Origin: Lama guanicoe
Lineage: Eukaryota
Assembly: GCA_013239625.1 (NCBI GenBank)
Contig: MU054212.1
Location: forward strand, 6,794,270 to 6,858,269
Length of the DNA stretch: 64,000 bases
Reading direction: 5' to 3'
Shown in pieces: positions 40,590 to 53,815 of the stretch (positions are counted from its first letter, which is position 1; each line of letters opens with the position of its first letter). A program made the translations under genes and the position numbers. A model generated the notes under the pieces. The model had not been told where the DNA came from and did not search any database. It worked only from the letters and a program-made list of their open reading frames with translations.

Positions 40590-40760
40590 GCTTTAGTTTC
40601 TTTTTCTTTTGAAAAATGAGACTAATTTTCTGGCTTCAGTTTTCTGGCATTTCTTCCACTTGCTCCACAACTTCTCATCAGTAAATGGTGTTGGTTCCTT
40701 GATCATTTCAGGTCTCAGAAGTGCTTTCCTGGGTCTAGAAAATATCAGTCTTTTCATGAG
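40590..40760 (-). mobile_element. L3/CR1 LINE RT-upstream fragment
   Basis: Minus strand reads PRKALLRPEMIKEPTPFTDEKLWSKW..VSFFKRKR, a decayed copy of the CR1 ORF2 motif PRVLKELADVIAEPLSIIFEKSW..VPIFKKGK. Confidence 0.6.
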
Positions 40761-41324
40761 ATGTGGGCTCTATCATTATTATTTACTTTACCCTTTCCAA
40801 GTTTATGACTAATCTCTTTAGTGAAGAAGCTGGAGGCAAAATAAAAGTTCATGAGTTTTTACTTCTATTTATCTTTGGCTTGTTGCTCTCAAAGTGGTTG
40901 GATCGTATGAATCATTGTTTCATTTTAAAAATATATTCTGTTTTTTAATAAAATGGCTATATTGAACATATAAAAATCTAAAATAAAAGAATAGGTTTTA
41001 TACGAATTTTAAATTATAATAAGTATATAAGTTACAATGTAAATCTCTGCTTGTTGTAACTAAGAAAATACGATCACTTCATCCTCCATCAGTGTGAAAA
41101 CAGAATGTGAAATTTGAAAAAGACAGCCATACTTTAGAAGTATAGAAACATATGAAAGACAAGCTATTTCACTCAAATGTCAATACTGCACTTTCTCAAG
41201 ACAAATCCAGGGAAGACTATTTATATGCATGCAAAGATCTTGCCAGTGATACAACTATTCCTATTCATACCACTTATCTACATCAAGATCATATTGTGTA
41301 AGAAAGTACAATTTACCTTAAAAA

Positions 41325-44300
41325 TTCATGCTTGTGGAGAAGTAATTCTGGAATGGTGGATTAAGGACCTCTGAAAATATGCCCCTCTGTGAAAGCAAAA
41401 CTTGTCAAAAAATAACTTTCAAAGAACTCTGAAAATTAACCAAATCTTGCAACAATCTAAGGAGTGTCCATTACAGGAAAATGGATGAATTTCTGGAAGA
41501 GCATCCAGCTTTGTGGCATTTTGACTTGCCCTATTCCCATTCTCCCATCTGAAGCTCTTCACAAACCTAGAAAACCAACAGCCTGGAAACCACAGTAACT
41601 GTGAGAACCAGTTATTATCAGACACTGAAGACAACATAATGTTTGAAGCTCCCCTAGAAGCCCCATCCCCTGATAACTGTTACTATTTTACCTATCTGGC
41701 AACTCCTAGGAAAAGTCCCATACTCATGGCTTATCTTTATTTGACATAACTCAGAGCTTAATCAGTGTGAACACACCTAGCCCCAGGACATTTGTCTAAA
41801 ACAATCAGTGGCAATTGTTTAACATAATAGCTGCCTGAGGTGATAATACCTGTTGGAGCTAGCAAGAGGCTGACCAAAAAACTTAAAGGGAAAAAGTGGG
41901 AAATGAGGTATCTTTGGAGGGCCTTTGAAAATTTCTGATATACTACCAGGACTCTAGGAGATCACACCTATGTGCAGGGCTGTGCACACACCCAGGAGAC
42001 ATGGCAAGTTTCTGTCTCTTAACTGTGTCTTTTGTCAAAGCTCTGAAAAGCAGAAAGTGAAGGTAGGGAAGAGATGTAAAATGCCAGATTGTTGAATGCG
42101 TGCCCAACACACACACAGAGTCCCTTGGCAATTATTGGTTCATTGGTTCAAGGCATTTAAAGAAATCTCTGTCAAATCATTAGAGGACCACTAACTGAGC
42201 AGAGGCTTCAGTGGCTGCACATGACAAAGATTACAGACTTTACAGAACTAGTCCAGGAAAAATCACAAAACAAACAAACAGCAGCAGCAGCAACAACAAC
42301 AACAGAGAGTAAACTGCAACAATAAACTCTGGGGATTTGAATTTGATTCCCAGAGTTGTCACATTATATTATTTAAAATGTCCAGTTCTCCAAACAAAAA
42401 AATCATAAGATATGAAACGAAACAGGAAAGTACGGCTCATAAGGAAATAACAAGCAGTCAATGGAAAAAAAAAATCAAGGAAAGCTCAGATGTTGGATTT
42501 CCTAGGCAAAGATTTTAAATCAGCTCTTATAAGTATATTCAAAGAAGTAAAAGAAACCATATTTAATGAAATGTACGTGAATGATGTCAGAACAAATAGC
42601 AACTGTCAATAAGAAGACAGAATTACAAAAAAGAATTAGTAATTGATCCAAATAGAAACAGAAATTCTGGAGTTGAAAAGTATGAAGACTGAAATGAAAA
42701 ACTGACTAGAGGGGCTCAACCAGAGATTTGAAGTGGCAGAAGAAAGAGCCAAATAAACCTGAAGACAGATCCACTGAGATTTTTCAGTCCAAAGAACAGA
42801 AAGAAGAATGAAGAAAAATGAATTGCATCTCAGAGACCTGTGGGAAACCACAAAGCGTATCAATGTATGAATAACAGAAACCACAGAATGAGAAGAGTCA
42901 GAAATGGGCAGAAATAATATTTGAAGAAATAATGGACAAAAATTCCAAACTTTGAGGAAAAATAATCTGTATATTCAAGAAGCTACGTAAACTCCAAGCA
43001 GGATAAAGTCAGATACCCACAGCTAGATACACCGTAGTCAGACTTTGAAAGACAAAGACAAAGAGAGGAATTTGAAAAACAAAAAAGTGAGAAAAATAAC
43101 TCATACACAGGGATCCTCAAAAACATTCACAGTTGACTTATCGTTAGAAACCATAGAAACCAGAAGCAAAAACATTTGAAGAGCTGAAAGAAGACTGTCA
43201 ACCAAGAATTCTATATCTAGGAAAACTATCCTTCAAAATGAAGCAGTTAAGACATTCACACATGAGCAAAAACTGAGGATTTTAAAAAATTTTCTAGCAG
43301 ATTTGCTCTAAAGAGTGTCTTTCAGACTGAAAAAAAAACTTGGACAGTAACTCTAATTCAAATGAAAAAATAAAGAACATCAGTAAACATAACTACATAG
43401 ATAAAGACACATTGCCATAAAATGTATTTGTTTGTAACACTTTTCACAGATTTAAAAAGAAACTGCATAAAGAAAGAATTATTAAATTAGGTTGATGGGA
43501 TTATCACAGAGAAATTTCATTTGTATAACAGTAACAGCATGAAGAAGGGGAAGGAATAGAGCTTTACTGGAGCAAAGTTTTTGTGTAATATAGAAATAAA
43601 GTTAGCATTAATCAAGATTAGATAGTGATAAAGACAGTAATTGTAATTCTCAGAGAAACCACTAACAAAATACAGCAGATAACATCTATTTAACAAAGAG
43701 GACTGCAGTCATGTTAGAATGGAGTAACAAAAAGACATAAAACATTCAGAAAAGATACAGCAAAATGAAAGATGAAAGAAAAGTCTTTGACAAAAATCAG
43801 CATCTTTAATGAAAATAGGGGTAGGAGGGAAATTTCTCTATTTGGTAAGGGTCATCCACAAAAGTCCCCACAGCCAACATTGTCCTTAATGGTGAAAGAC
43901 TGAATGTTTTCCTTTATGGTCAGGAAAAACACAAGAATGTTCACACATCTACTGAATATTGTACTGGCAATTTTATATGGGGAAATTAGTCCAGAAAACA
44001 AATAAAGGCTTTCAGTTTGGAAAAGAAGACTTAAACTACCTCTATTGACAGATGAACAATGACAGATAACATCCTTTTGCATATAGAAGATATTAAAGCA
44101 TCCTAAAAAAACCCTAGTAGAACCAATAAATGAAGGATCTATCCTTCATTAGGTTGAAGGATACAAGATTAATAAACAAATAATCAATTATGTTTCCACA
44201 TACTAGGAATGAACAATCCAAAAATTGAATTAAAAAAGCAATTGGGTTAAATTAGTATTCAAAAAACAAAATAATTTGGAACAAATTTAACAAAAAAAGT

Positions 44301-45470
44301 AAAAAACTTGTACTCTGAAAAATGATGAATATTGTTGGAAGTAATCGAAGAAGGCTTAATAAATATAAAGACATCCCATGTTCACAGAACAAAAGACAAT
44401 ATTATTAAGATGGCAATATTCCCCAATTTGATCCACAGCCTCAGCAAACTCCCTATAAAAAGCCAAGTTACTTTTTTTGGGCAAATTTGACAAGCTGTTC
44501 CTAAAAAATTTATTGAAAATACTAAGGATCCAGAAGAACCAAAACAATTTTGCAAAAGAATAATGTTGGAGGACTTACACGTCTTGATTTCAAAACTTAC
44601 TACAAAGTGCTGTGGTATTGATATAAGCATAACACATAGAGGACTGGAATAGAATTGAGAGTCTAGAAATAAATCCTTACATTTAAGGTCAGTTGACTTC
44701 TGAGAAAAGTGCCAAGACAATTAAATGGAGAGAAAAATAGTTTTCTCCACAAATGGTGCTGGGACAATGGGCTATCTACATGCAAAAAGTGTAGTTGACA
44801 TTGTAACTTATACCACGTAAAGAAAATGAAATAAAAATGGATCATAAATCTAAATGTAATAGTTAAAAGTAAAAAATGCCTAAAAGAAAATACAGTTTTG
44901 GATTAGTCAAGATTTTCTTAGATATGACGCCAAAAATATCTAGAATACATAAGGAACTCATAATGTCAATAAAAAGGTAAATAATCCAGTTTAAAAATTG
45001 GAAATGATTTGAGTAGACATTTCCACAAAGAAGATATCTAAATGACCACTAAGCACATAAAATGATGATAAACATCATTAGTCACTTGGGGAATGAAAGC
45101 CAAAATGGGATACCACTTCACACTCACAAGACTGCTACACAACACCAACAAAACAAACAAACAAAAAAACAAGCAAACAAAAAACCCAGAAACAAAAAAT
45201 GCTGGCCAGGCTATGGAGAAACTGGAAATCTCGTACAGTGCTGATGGGATTGTAAAATTATACAGCCACTTAGGAAAACATAATGACAGCTCCTCAAAAT
45301 GTTAAACATCGTCACCATAAGACATATGATTTCACTCCTAGGTATATACCCAAGAGAAAATTAAATATATGTTTACACATAAACTGGTACATGAATGTTC
45401 ATAGCAGCAGTATTAGTAACATCCCAAAGTGGAAACAACCCAAATGCCAATCATCTGATGAATGAATAAA
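41325..45470 (+). mobile_element. Old L1 (L1M4/L1MB-class) with 5' UTR, ORF1 and internally deleted ORF2
   Basis: 5' UTR motif ctctgaaaattaaccaaatcttgcaacaatc..gctttgtggcattttgacttgccctattccc; ORF1 remnants 42600-43330 (gaaattctggagttgaaaag, tcaaccaagaattctatatc); ORF2 remnants 43780-45470; the EN and most RT sequence are missing. Confidence 0.9.
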
Positions 45471-45544
45471 ATGTACTGTTTCCCAACTTTTACAGAGATT
45501 ATATTTCCCCCTACTAATTAATAAATTAATAAGTGAAAGGAAAA

Positions 45545-45815
45545 AAGGTGGTTATTGAGCACTGAGACTGTGTCAGGCACTGTGAAAGATGCCTTATTTA
45601 TGTTACTTACTCTAATTATCTCAACAACTCTATGGAGTATTGTATTACCACACACACATACACACACGTGCACATGCACATGCACACATCCTCTTATATA
45701 GCAAAGGAAATTGAGTTTCAGGGCTGATTTAATTTCCTCAATGTTATAAAGAATATAAATCAAGGGACATGATTTTAACTTCTCTGTGTGACAAAACAAA
45801 CTCATGAGCTCTTTG
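45545..45815 (-). mobile_element. MIR SINE with internal CA/TGCA microsatellite (about 45648-45688)
   Basis: ttattgagcactgagactgtgtcaggcactgtg..tctcaacaactctatg..aaggaaattgagtttcagg. Confidence 0.8.
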
Positions 45816-46717
45816 TTATAAAATAACTTTTGGGTTAACATTAGTCCAATACACATCTGAATACCGTGAACCAGTATCCAGGGACCTGAAGACTCTGATA
45901 ACCATGCACTTCATGATCTTCTTAACTGAGAGATTACATTCAATATCTGGTCTTTCCAACCAACCAGTTTCCATTTCTCCCATTAAAAAATTATGGTGAT
46001 ACAAAGAAACCAAAATCACATTGCTTACATTTTCCTTAGATGACAAAGAGTTTCATAGAAATAATCCAACCATGGTGTAAAAATTATTCAGATACATATA
46101 CCCTTTTGTTTTATTTTTTAGGTAGCACAACTTGTGACTACTAAGAACAAATGGTTTCCTTCAAATACAGACAGGGTTGGTATCTGTAACACTCAACACT
46201 CCAATTTTTCTTTTGTTTTTAAAGTCTAAAATGATTGTGGATGCATGTAGTATGTCTTTATTTTCTTTTCAGCAATTGCTAATCACAATGGGAAATGGTT
46301 GGGAAAGTTTTCAATTTTATAAATCAGAGAATATTTAACATTGAAATTACATAATGAGTTTTTCCAACTGTTACAGCACTTCAGTAGTGACGTTGCAAGA
46401 TATAACCTAACTCACTCCTGCCTACAGGGTGACCTACAACAAATAACATTTTTCTTTACTTCCTGATTAAAACAATTCTAAGTTAATTCACGTAAGTGCA
46501 TTTCCGGTTGTATTGGCTGACTGTATGTATGAAACATAAATACGTGTGTCTTAGTGTCAAGTGAACTCAGGATATTACGCACAGCATATGGAGAAAGGGG
46601 AGTTGAACATACATGTTTGTGAGACTCTACTGCAAAGCAAACAGCGTAAGAATGACTTTATGATTTCTCCTGTTGGATCTCAAGGCTGCTGGTGCCCCAA
46701 AAGCCACTGTAATTAAG

Positions 46718-46737
46718 CTACTGCCACCTGGAGGCTC
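46718..46737 (-). promoter_or_regulatory. CTCF-like motif
   Basis: Minus strand GAGCCTCCAGGTGGCAGTAG fits the CTCF core CCASYAGRKGGCRS with one mismatch; lies in non-repetitive DNA. Confidence 0.5.
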
Positions 46738-46970
46738 AGAAAGAGCAGCTAATAAATATCAAATGCATTTAATTCATAGGCTCACTGATTGAAGTGACAT
46801 AAGAGCAGAAAAACACACGTCTGGTTCAGACATGACTAAAGACAAAGACCAAAGGAAAAAGATAGTGATGCTGGTAGAACACCGACTCAAAACATATTCA
46901 TACAACATATCTTCTTAGAGACTGACCTTCCGTACACCAAGCAGTTCTCAAAGGAAATTAAATAAACATA

Positions 46971-47150
46971 CTTGTTTACCATTGTTGCATAACAAATTAT
47001 CACAAACTTAGTAGCTCAAAACAACCCAACCTTGCTGGTATCCTGATCTCAGACTTCCAGACTCTAGAATTGTGAGAAATAAACTTAACACTGTTAATAA
47101 GCCACTCAGTTTATGTTATTTAGTCATAGCAGCTCAAGATGACTAAGACA
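46971..47150. mobile_element. Two MLT1 LTR 3' ends in opposite orientation
   Basis: 46971-47025 (-): attgttgcataacaaattatcacaaacttagtagctcaaaacaac; 47026-47150 (+): cttgctggtatcctgatctcagacttccagactctagaattgtgagaaataaa..gactaagaca. Confidence 0.8.
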
Positions 47151-47164
47151 GTTGGGTTCTAGAA

Positions 47165-47990
47165 ATCACTTTCTAGATGTCAACCTATATTTAACATGAC
47201 AAACAACTAACTTCATCATCTTGTTCTTACAAACCTGTTCTTTCTCTTATTAAACTTGTCATTGTGAACATCACCTGTGTTCCAAGCAGAAAACCTGGGA
47301 GCATCCTCAGTCCCTTCCCCCACACTTTGCATTTCTAACCCAGTCCTGTGGACTTTATCTCTGAGTTGTAACTCTATACAAAATCATTATCATCATTTTT
47401 TTGATTAGGTCCTTATTATTTATTACCAAGAAAACCTTGCAAACCCTCTAACAGGTATCCTTTCCTGTCTTATTCCAACAAAACCTACACATTCCTCTCA
47501 GGGGGCTCTTTCTACAATAAAAACCTTACTTTGTCATCTCTCTGCCTAAAATCTTTTTAATGGTAACCAAGACATTTGCTGATAAAATCAGACTCCTCAG
47601 GGCAGTACATAAAATCCTTCACAATTGAGTTCCTGACACTCTTGTAAGTTCCAGAAAAGTGTCATGATATATTTCATCTTTGACCTTTATAGTTGCTTCT
47701 TTTATTTTTCCTTGAATACTTATTCCAACTTTATGCATGTAGTTAACCTTGATTAGTCCTTCAAGACTTGGGCAAGCTATCACATTTCCCAATTAGTCTT
47801 CACTGCCTCCTCAGACTGATTTAGATACTTCTTTGCTCTCATAGCATCTTCATTGTATACAAAATTATTGCATAGTATTTTAATAGCTGCAGTATATGTC
47901 TAGATCCCCTACTAACCTAATATCTTGAGGATTTTTATATTCCTCTTACAAGACAGGGTGGCTGGCATAGAGAAGTTGCTCAACATGTAT
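47165..47990 (+). mobile_element. L2 fragment with 3' end
   Basis: ccaagcagaaaacctgggagcatcctc..ataaaatcagactcctcag..tccttcaagact..gctggcatagagaagttgctcaaca. Confidence 0.75.
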
Positions 47991-48029
47991 AAGCTGAGGA
48001 GTTACGCACAAAGGAAATAGTATTTTATA

Positions 48030-48860
48030 AAAAAGACGAAGTTCCTGCAATTCCAGTTTGTGCCTTTTAGAGTATAAAAAGTGACCAAGACATGTATCGT
48101 CACCAAGAAAATATCACATGATGGTAAGAGCACCAGACATAGTATGTGTATCTGTCAGAGAGAAGGAAGAGAACCAGGAAAAACTTTATGGAGGAGATGA
48201 TATTTGCACTGAGACTCAAAGCACAATTAGGACTACAGAAATCTGATTAAGAGAGAGGCATTCTAGAAAGGGGATGGCATGAGCAAATGTCCAGAGTGAG
48301 AAAAAGCATGGCAATCAAGGAGAACTACACACAATTTAGCAGTCCTGGAATATGGTGTAGAGATAGACAACAATGGCTCCAAGTAAGGATGTGAGTCGGA
48401 CACGGGTCAGATTACTGAGAGTGTGAACTTTGGAGAGTCTTTAAAAGGGGCTTTAAATAGCTACGAGAAGGGAGGTTTTGAAAAAGATAAATCTAGCTAC
48501 AGGGAGATAAAACAGGAAGATGTTGGGGCAATCCAGATGAAAAATAATAAAAGTATAAGCTAGGACAATGATAATAGTGATAGTGAAGAAAGAAAATAAA
48601 TTCAAATTTTGTTTAGCATGTAAATTATAAGGACTTGAAACTATACATGGCATGGAGGGAGAACAAAGAGTCAACAATGATAACCAGCTCTCTATTGTGA
48701 TAACTGAGTCAGTGATGGTGCAGCCAAATAAAAGAAAAAGAAAAACACAGAAGCAACAGAAATTAACAAGAAAATTTAGGGTTGGACATTTTATGTTTCA
48801 GGTGCCTATAAAATTTCTAGTTGGAGATGTCCAGTGGTCAGATAGATCTGAGAGTCTGTA
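48030..48860 (-). mobile_element. L2 fragment
   Basis: ggaaaaactttatggaggagatgatatttgcactgagactc..ttggacattttatgtttcaggtgcctat..ggagatgtccagtgg. Confidence 0.75.
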
Positions 48861-49599
48861 GTTTGTTGTTCATTTATTAGTACACAATCACAGAATTGAA
48901 AGTGTTTTATTTGTCTACCATGTTTGGCTAATAAGTATTCCTTTCTTTTACAATATTTTTCTTGCCTCCTTGACAATGCAGAATTCTGAACTTACATTCA
49001 GTGGTCCAGTCCAGGGGCATGGATGGTGTCTTCATTCTCATGAAGGTTATGAAAATATTTAAACTCTCTTTGATAAATCAGATATTCAATTCTCTTTGTT
49101 CCTTCATAGAACTATGTTAGGGACTAATACTACAACTATATTTTAAGCATGTTTAGTAAAATTAATATTAGACTCTAAAACACTCAATAAGAAAACTAGC
49201 TTAGTCTCATTAAACCATGAGTGATCATTTATAGAAATGATAAGTTTACTCATGTTTTAAATATGCAGGACAATTATTTGAAATATACTAGAAATGAAAG
49301 GAAGAGGCAGAAGCATTATTGCACAGTAGAAACTTTTCTATTGGAATGCAGTCTCTTGATTCAATAGGAGTCTGTGCTCTCTGCTTTATAATTTGAATTT
49401 CTCTTGTTTCTCCATTCACTTAGGAGCCAGTGGAACTTTAACTGTAAATTATGCAGAAATTAGAATTGGCCAGAAATTTGAAGAAAAATGTGATAGCTAA
49501 CAAAGAAAAAGTAGGTCATATTACCAGAGCAAACAATTATAGATGTTTTATTTCTAAATGTTCTATTTTTATGGCAAGATAAGAAAATGCTGGAGAGTC

Positions 49600-52430
49600 A
49601 ATATGGTTAACTTAATTAGAGTCTGTATAATCAGACAGAAATAAGGATAGAATTGCAAAACTGGGGGAAAAAAGTCCTCAGAAGTATATAAATGTATCAG
49701 AAAAGCCTGGAGTTAGACTACAAGAAAGACTAAGGCATTTGTCACTGGCATAACAGAATGAAAACGGAAGAAAGAGGTAACAAAAGGGCAATGGAGACCA
49801 ACTTAATTTCAATCTCTCCACATATCCACACATCAAAAATATGAGCAAACAAATCACATATAGCTTATGCCTACAGTGTAATTAAGAGACAGAGAGACCA
49901 AAATCCCCTGTTTTATGAAAGAAGGGAAATATGTTTCCCAGTGCCATCAGGGCCAGCCCTGGAGCAAGCATGAGAGTAAAGCACCGAGCAGTGACTATAT
50001 GAAAGACTAAAACAGGCTCTTGGTGGTGGCCCAACACAGACACCATCAGGGAAGGCTTACCTTCAGAGGAGAGGGTTCTTCTGAATGCAAAATATCTGTG
50101 GAAGGTTTGCTACTCAATAGTTCAGATACTAGTTGCTCGATGTGCAGAAGTGGCAGTTTTGGAAAGGTATTATTTCAAGATGAGAGAGAGAACTTTAAAA
50201 GTCAGATGCATTCTTCGGTGAAGGAATAGAATACAATGATGGTTGAAGACAATGACCCTACAGGAACAAAACAGTGTCAACAACGTAGAAAACAAATTTA
50301 AAAAGTAGGCATTCACTAATTTTTAAGTAAGTCTCTCCTTACTCCATGCTCAGAAGAGGAAGCAACTAAATTGAGAAATGAAGGAAATGCTAATTTGTGT
50401 TTTATACTCGACCCATCCCTAGGATCAGCTGCTACTGTCTGTTTAGGAAAACACAGTACACAAATTAACAAGAGCCAAAAGAAAATCCTCCAGCATTCAT
50501 ACGAAGTTACTATAAGTAGAAAGACACAAAAATAAATAAATACATCTATTTTGGCAGAAAAAAGAAAATATACATAACATTTCATAATTATGAAATGAAA
50601 TACTGAAAACATTGCTAATTAAATTAGCAGGTGTACACATGAAAAGTCACAACAGAAAAAAAAGAAAATGTGGAATAAAAACATTAAGAATAGAACAGTG
50701 TAAACAAAGAAGCAAAAGAGATATTAAAGAAAGTAACAGCTACTGAAGGCAAGCAAAGATGACAGAATACGTGTATAACTGGAGCATCTGAAGATGAAAA
50801 GCAGATCAACTGAACAGAGCTGAAATGTAAAACAATGATTCAGGAATATTTTTCTAAAATAAAAGACCAGAATCTACACATGGAAAAGGCATACGGTGTA
50901 TACTGGGAGAATGGCCCAGAATAATCACCTTCTAGATATGTATCTTAGTAAAACTAATATACTTTCTAGACAAAAGTATGGTAAGTAAGGTAAATAGTCC
51001 TATGGGCAAAAAATTTAAGTTGCTTAGAAAGAAAAGAAAGGGAAAAAATCTAAGTTGTTTAGAAAAGAAAGAAAATTAATAACAATGTGTAAAGCAACAT
51101 AACAATAGAGACCATAATTCTTAAAAATGTATTGAAGAAAAGAAAATATGAACCAGAGAGTTATTGAGCCCAACAAATCTATACATGCAAGAACTCAGAA
51201 GACAGCATAAAGCAAGCCCTTAGTGAGGAAAATGCCAGAGAACAGGTGTCTTTAGTCTAGGAACTGATTGGGAAATTTTGGTAAGAAAAATAGCAGTGAG
51301 CACTGAATATCAGAAGTTGTAGACGTAAGATAAAACGAGGTGATAATAAGCATAGAAGAGTAGAATGAGAATGCTATGTGCTTTGAAGTGTTGAAATAAC
51401 ACAATTTTAAAAGTAGAATTCAACAGGAGAGAAGGAAAAGCATAATAATTTCAATGATAATTCATTGGGAATAGGGACAAGTAAAGGATATTTTAAATTG
51501 TTAAACTGAATAGTAGAAGGCCAAGCAAATTTCTGAGAAGCTACAATTTATCAAAACTGAAACCAGTAGAGACAGAAAAATTTAAAATACCCATATCTAT
51601 GTAAAAATTTAGAAAGCTTTCCAAAGCTAATCATCCTAAAAAAACACTAAACCTTGTTGATATTTTGACACGTAAATTCAAACAAACGTTTAAATTCGAG
51701 ATAATCCTAAAAATCTTTCATCTCCTTAAAAGCATAGAAAAATAAAGCAAACTTAGAAATATTTTATACAGTGAGCATAATACTGATACATAAAAATTTG
51801 AAGATTGTCAACACAGAACACTATGGCATAATCTTATCTATGTATACTAGCGAAAAATCCCATATAATATGTGGCAGATAATAGAAACAAAATATATTAC
51901 CATAACAAAAAATTTTTAACATGATCAAGTGAAGTCTGTTGTAGGACTTCAAAGAAGTCTAAAAATTAGTAAATTCATTAATAGTATTCAACATATTAAT
52001 AGATTAAGGAGAAAAATTACATTATCATTTCCATAGTTTCTGAAAAGACAACAATACTCCTTCCTGATTTTTAAAAAGTTAAATGAGAATTGATGGTTAC
52101 TTCTTCAACCTGATAAATTCATTCCTCATCCCGAAATCTAAAATTTTACCTGAGGAGGGAATATTAGGCACATTCACAGTAAAATCAAGGATGAGGCATC
52201 TGATATGATCAGACTTCAGGAGATAATTATAAAGGCGAACTTAGTGACTTGTTACTTAGGCGAATGTCATTATTTTTAAGAGACAGGCTCTGAAAAATCA
52301 TATCTGCAACTTACTTTCAAATGGTTCAGTAAAAACTTGCCTAAGAAAACTATTACTAATTTTTAATCAAGGTGAAGGCTGTATGCTCATTGTACTTCTC
52401 TGTACATTTGAAAAGTTAAAGAAAAAAGAA
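49600..52430 (+). mobile_element. Old L1ME-like element (ORF1, RT and 3' end remnants)
   Basis: ORF1-like 50690-51300; RT-like 51530-52190 (aatttatcaaaactgaaaccagtagagacagaaaaatt, catgatcaagtgaagtct); 3' end atatctgcaacttactttcaaatggttcag. 5' boundary uncertain. Confidence 0.7.
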
Positions 52431-52961
52431 CAGTGGAAAATTTTCCATAGTTAACAAAAAATGTGATTCACAGATTCAAAAAATAGTAAGCAGTAATGGT
52501 CAGAAAAGGAGCAGCTTATGAAAGACCACACAGATTCAGGCTTCCTTAGTAAAAGAACAGATATATATATATTATAAAAAGGGATATAAAATGAAAAAAA
52601 ATGACAGAATATAACTAAAGCACTAGCACTGATTGCCTAGTCTTTAAAACATAAAAATTTCACTTGGAGAAAATAATTAATAACTATTTCAATGTAAAAT
52701 AGAAGAACACTACAATCAAGTTATAAACATGTGTGTGCAGACTTAATGCTTAAAAACAAGATGTATCAACAACTGTAAATAGCACAGAGGATTATATAAG
52801 AAGAAAGATTAAGTTATAAATAGATGTCTTCTACTTCAGTAAACTGTATTCTCTGAAAAACTATAAATATCTAAGTAAACTTTCTCGTATTAACATCATA
52901 GACTAAAATTCTACCAAGAATTATTATAGAAGAATATTTTGCCTGACAAACAAGTGGCAAC

Positions 52962-53150
52962 CTACAGTAATGGTGAAAGGTGTGAAATCTGGAGGCACAC
53001 TACCCAGACTGGGGTTTTAGCTTATTATTCTGAGCCTCTGAAAAAAGGAATCTATATCACTATACTGTTGTAAAGGTTAAATGAATTGATCTTTGTCAAG
53101 TGATTAGAACGGTGTATGGTGTGTTTTAAGCCCCATTTTAGCATTTTAAA
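52962..53150 (+). mobile_element. MIR SINE
   Basis: cagtaatggtgaaaggtgtgaaatctggaggcacactacc..tctgagcctc..gttgtaaaggttaaatga..gattagaacggtg. Confidence 0.7.
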
Positions 53151-53554
53151 AATTAAATGATATAATTGAGTCCTCAGGTTTGGATGCTAACTAGTATTTT
53201 TTTAAATCTTGAAATCAAAATAATTTCATATAAATTAAGTTGCCAGGGTATAATTCAAAAGTCATAAAACTCTCCAGTATATTTTCTTTATCCAGAAAAA
53301 GATTTCTGAGGAGTAACCAAACCCCTGGAATCAGATTAAAAAAGAAATTACAGTATCATACCAACGTTCAGATTTTCTAGTAATACGATTTTTTAAAAAG
53401 CAAATTACATACTCTGGTCACTTTCAGCACATTCTATCCTTTCCCTCAATTTCCCAACATTATTTCAGTTTAATTAAACATGTAACTATCAAAATCATGT
53501 GGTACTATACAATATTCTAGAAGAAATCAAAAATTATATTTACAGATGTTTCAG

Positions 53555-53815
53555 ATAAGAGTTGAGAATTTGGAATTAGATGCATTATTTTCTAGATTGA
53601 CTTGCCTTTAATTATATTATATTATATGCATCTATATTACTTTGGAAAATAAATTATTTAATCTAAGTCTAAATTTCCTCAACTGTAAAGTGGCCATAAT
53701 AATACTTTTGCATAGAGTCGCTATGAAGACTGTCATGTATTTATACAACTTGTGTTACATACACAGAGAATGCCTGCTGCCTATAGCACTTAATAAATGA
53801 TCTACCGTTGTTAAT
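53555..53815 (+). mobile_element. MIR SINE
   Basis: tttggaattagatgc..aatttcctcaactgtaaagtggccataataatac..tagcacttaataaatg. Confidence 0.75.

Noticed and set aside
45816..46046. 76-aa ORF, faintly CR1 RT-like
   Set aside because: Similarity too weak, and its order relative to the L3 piece at 40.6 kb is wrong for one element.
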